Below are positions 62,351 through 64,000 of a DNA stretch of 64,000 nucleotides, piece by piece. The stretch's first letter is position 1. Every line of letters starts with the position of its first letter. The position numbers and the translations under genes are program-made. This DNA is from a bacterium (lineage in GTDB: Bacteria; UBA8248), in NCBI GenBank assembly GCA_965213625.1, contig CBDBZU010000004.1, positions 384,001 to 448,000 of the forward strand, written 5' to 3'. The notes beneath the pieces are model-generated. The model had not been told where the DNA came from. It worked only from the letters and a program-made list of their open reading frames with translations, and did no database searches.

Positions 62351-62379
62351 ATTGTATCCTGAAAGATACATCAAGGCAA
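62351..62379 (-). promoter_or_regulatory. TA promoter with overlapping operator; likely leaderless mRNA
   Basis: Minus strand TTGCCT-N17-TACAAT; TGTATC-N6-GATACA palindrome at 62353..62370; ATG begins 7 nt after the -10 box; no SD. Confidence 0.65.
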
Positions 62380-62463
62380 GCGGCAAAATGCAATTAACGT
62401 CGTTACCTAAATGACATCCACCCAAGCCTACTAGCGAAGCGATAGGGATACAATCGAGTGTCC

Positions 62464-63537
62464 CTACCCTCTGATTTTCTCGATGACGCTCAGCGTCTGT
62501 GCGCCGGGGGTGGGAATCCACATGGATTTCTGTCCCTCGCCGCCGCCTACGATGAGGATGAGGGCGTCCGCGTGGGTGAGGATGGGCACGGAGGCTTCAG
62601 GGTCCGTCCTGTCGACCCAGACGGGAAAGGTGGGGCCTTTCGATTTTCCGCGCACGCCCACGTGCTTCCAGGGCTTTCGCGCCTTCTCGAAGAGATAGCG
62701 CTTCACGTCCGCCTTGCTCCAGCCCACCCGCGCGATGTAGGCGGCGTGCTCGGGCGCCATGACGAGCACGGGTTCCCCCTGGGAGGAGAGATTGTTCCCA
62801 CCCAGCGTCGCCATCGAGTCCGCGTAGCCGAAGAGCAGCGCGAGTGGGTCGGTGTTGTAGTTGTCCGTGATGCAGTGGGGCGCCTCGCCGCAGGTGAGCG
62901 TCACCGTGCTCTCATCCGGCTCAAAGCCGCGCTCCACGTGATACGGCTCCCAGGGGTTCGCGTCTTCGTTCTCGGCGATGCAGTAGGTGTATTTGCCCGG
63001 ATGCGCGTGCTGGGCGCGGTCCACCTCGCCGGGGACGGCTCCCCCTAAGTTGATGAGGCAAAGCCTGAGCGCGCGGCCAATCGTCGCGTTCGCCCGCCAG
63101 CCGGGGCCGAAAAGGCCGGAGCCCGAGTTGAGCTTAAGGCGCTTGGCAATGGGGCCGTTCACGATGATGAGCGCGGTGGCGGGGTGCGTGGTCGTCTGGC
63201 GGTGGCTGAGCCCGTAGCGTGGCCTGGTGACGGCGGAGACGGCCGCGACGACGACGGGCAGGTACTCAGGCGCGCAGCCGGCCATCACGGCGTTCACCGC
63301 AATCGCGCGGACCGTCGCCACCCCCATGAGGGGAGGAATCTCGGCGATTTCCTCATCCGCCTCCCCCGGCCAGCCGGTAAGCAGACCCTCCACGCGCTCG
63401 CGCGTGGGCGGGACGATGGGCAGCCCGTCCGTCCAGCCGCGCTCGTAGAAATAGGCGTTCACCTCATCGAGGGAGCCCGTGAGCGGCAAAATCCGCCTAC
63501 CCGCCTCGAGAGAGGGGTTTTCGACGTTCACGGCCAA
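62464..63537 (-). CDS. Conserved protein of the type found next to UGSC (seleno)proteins
   Basis: GWTDGLPIVPPT, IAVNAVMAGC.PEY, IVNGPI, RANATIGRALRL, AENE..PW.PYH motifs. Confidence 0.78.
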   Translation of the reverse strand: MAVNVENPSLEAGRRILPLTGSLDEVNAYFYERGWTDGLPIVPPTRERVEGLLTGWPGEADEEIAEIPPLMGVATVRAIAVNAVMAGCAPEYLPVVVAAVSAVTRPRYGLSHRQTTTHPATALIIVNGPIAKRLKLNSGSGLFGPGWRANATIGRALRLCLINLGGAVPGEVDRAQHAHPGKYTYCIAENEDANPWEPYHVERGFEPDESTVTLTCGEAPHCITDNYNTDPLALLFGYADSMATLGGNNLSSQGEPVLVMAPEHAAYIARVGWSKADVKRYLFEKARKPWKHVGVRGKSKGPTFPVWVDRTDPEASVPILTHADALILIVGGGEGQKSMWIPTPGAQTLSVIEKIRG

Positions 63538-63549
63538 ATTCCGCCTCCC

Positions 63550-64000
63550 CTATTTCGGACTAAGATTCCGGGGGCCTCTGAATTTCTTCTCCGCATATTC
63601 GGCCCGAAGTTTTTCCGGGTCGCCGGTGAGCGCGCGGACGACTTCAGACACGACGGCGTCCGCCTTGGGATGAAGCGCTTCTCTCTCGGGAGCGGCGAGT
63701 GGATGTTCCATCTCGACGATGGGCAGTCCGCCGTAGCCCTGTCTCCTCGCTATTGCGCGCCCGCTGTGGCTGAAGCCCCGGCTCACGATAACGCAGGCGG
63801 GGCTTCCCATCCGCTCAATCTGAACCGCGTCGCGGACACTCCACGACGTGGAGGAACCTCAGTGCCCCACGCCGACGAGAACGGCGTCGCAGCGCGCGTG
63901 CAGCTCCTCGATAATTTCAGGGGATGCCGCCTGGGCCAGGTGATGCTTCCTGCGCTGGACGACTTCCTTGACGCCGAATGAGGCTCGAAGCCTCTCAAGC
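63550..64000 (-). CDS. UGSC-family selenoprotein (5'-truncated by window edge), Sec at UGA 63861..63859
   Basis: One frame reads ...CDAVLVGVGH-UGA-GSSTSWSVRDAVQIERMGSP...LPIVEMEHPL; the ORF track caught only the part after UGA. Confidence 0.8.
63828..63848 (-). promoter_or_regulatory. Candidate bacterial SECIS element
   Basis: Minus strand CGUCGUGGA-GUG-UCCGCGACG, a 9-bp stem (one G-U pair) with a G-containing loop, separated from the UGA by 10 nt. Confidence 0.7.

Noticed and set aside
62354-62367. 14-bp identity (ATCTTTCAGGATAC) between the TA operator and the long repeat at ~34334
   Set aside because: Several 14-mer matches are expected by chance in 64 kb, and the repeat copy lacks the complete palindrome
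63550-63810. Stand-alone 86-aa ORF, or a nonsense pseudogene
   Set aside because: The upstream frame is open, the stop is UGA at a redox-motif position and a SECIS-like stem follows, so Sec recoding fits better

Overview
GC-rich bacterial chromosomal window dominated by uptake systems (TTT, peptide-type ABC lacking an ATPase, TRAP, NitT/TauT-type ABC, Aap/Bzt ABC, SulP, MFS) and catabolic enzymes for organic acids and heterocycles. Main points: (1) a complete hcmB-hcl-meaH-hcmA operon whose active-site residues indicate B12-dependent 2-hydroxyisobutyryl-CoA mutase rather than methylmalonyl-CoA mutase; (2) a UGSC-type selenoprotein at the right edge, missed by the ORF track, with an in-frame UGA and a SECIS-like hairpin; (3) a ~950-bp non-coding inverted repeat that brackets a 7.2-kb crotonase-groESL-tonB-dtxR-cupin-gpsA block; (4) intergenic mosaics of several REP-like palindrome families inside IS-like ends; (5) three paralogous DHPON-hydrolase-like enzymes, two directly preceded by a cupin gene; (6) an operon with tandem BKACE genes; (7) a low-GC KAP NTPase and a RelE/HigB-type TA pair. 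I saw no rRNA, tRNA, CRISPR array or intact transposase. All calls come from motif reading and recalled family knowledge; no database searches were run.
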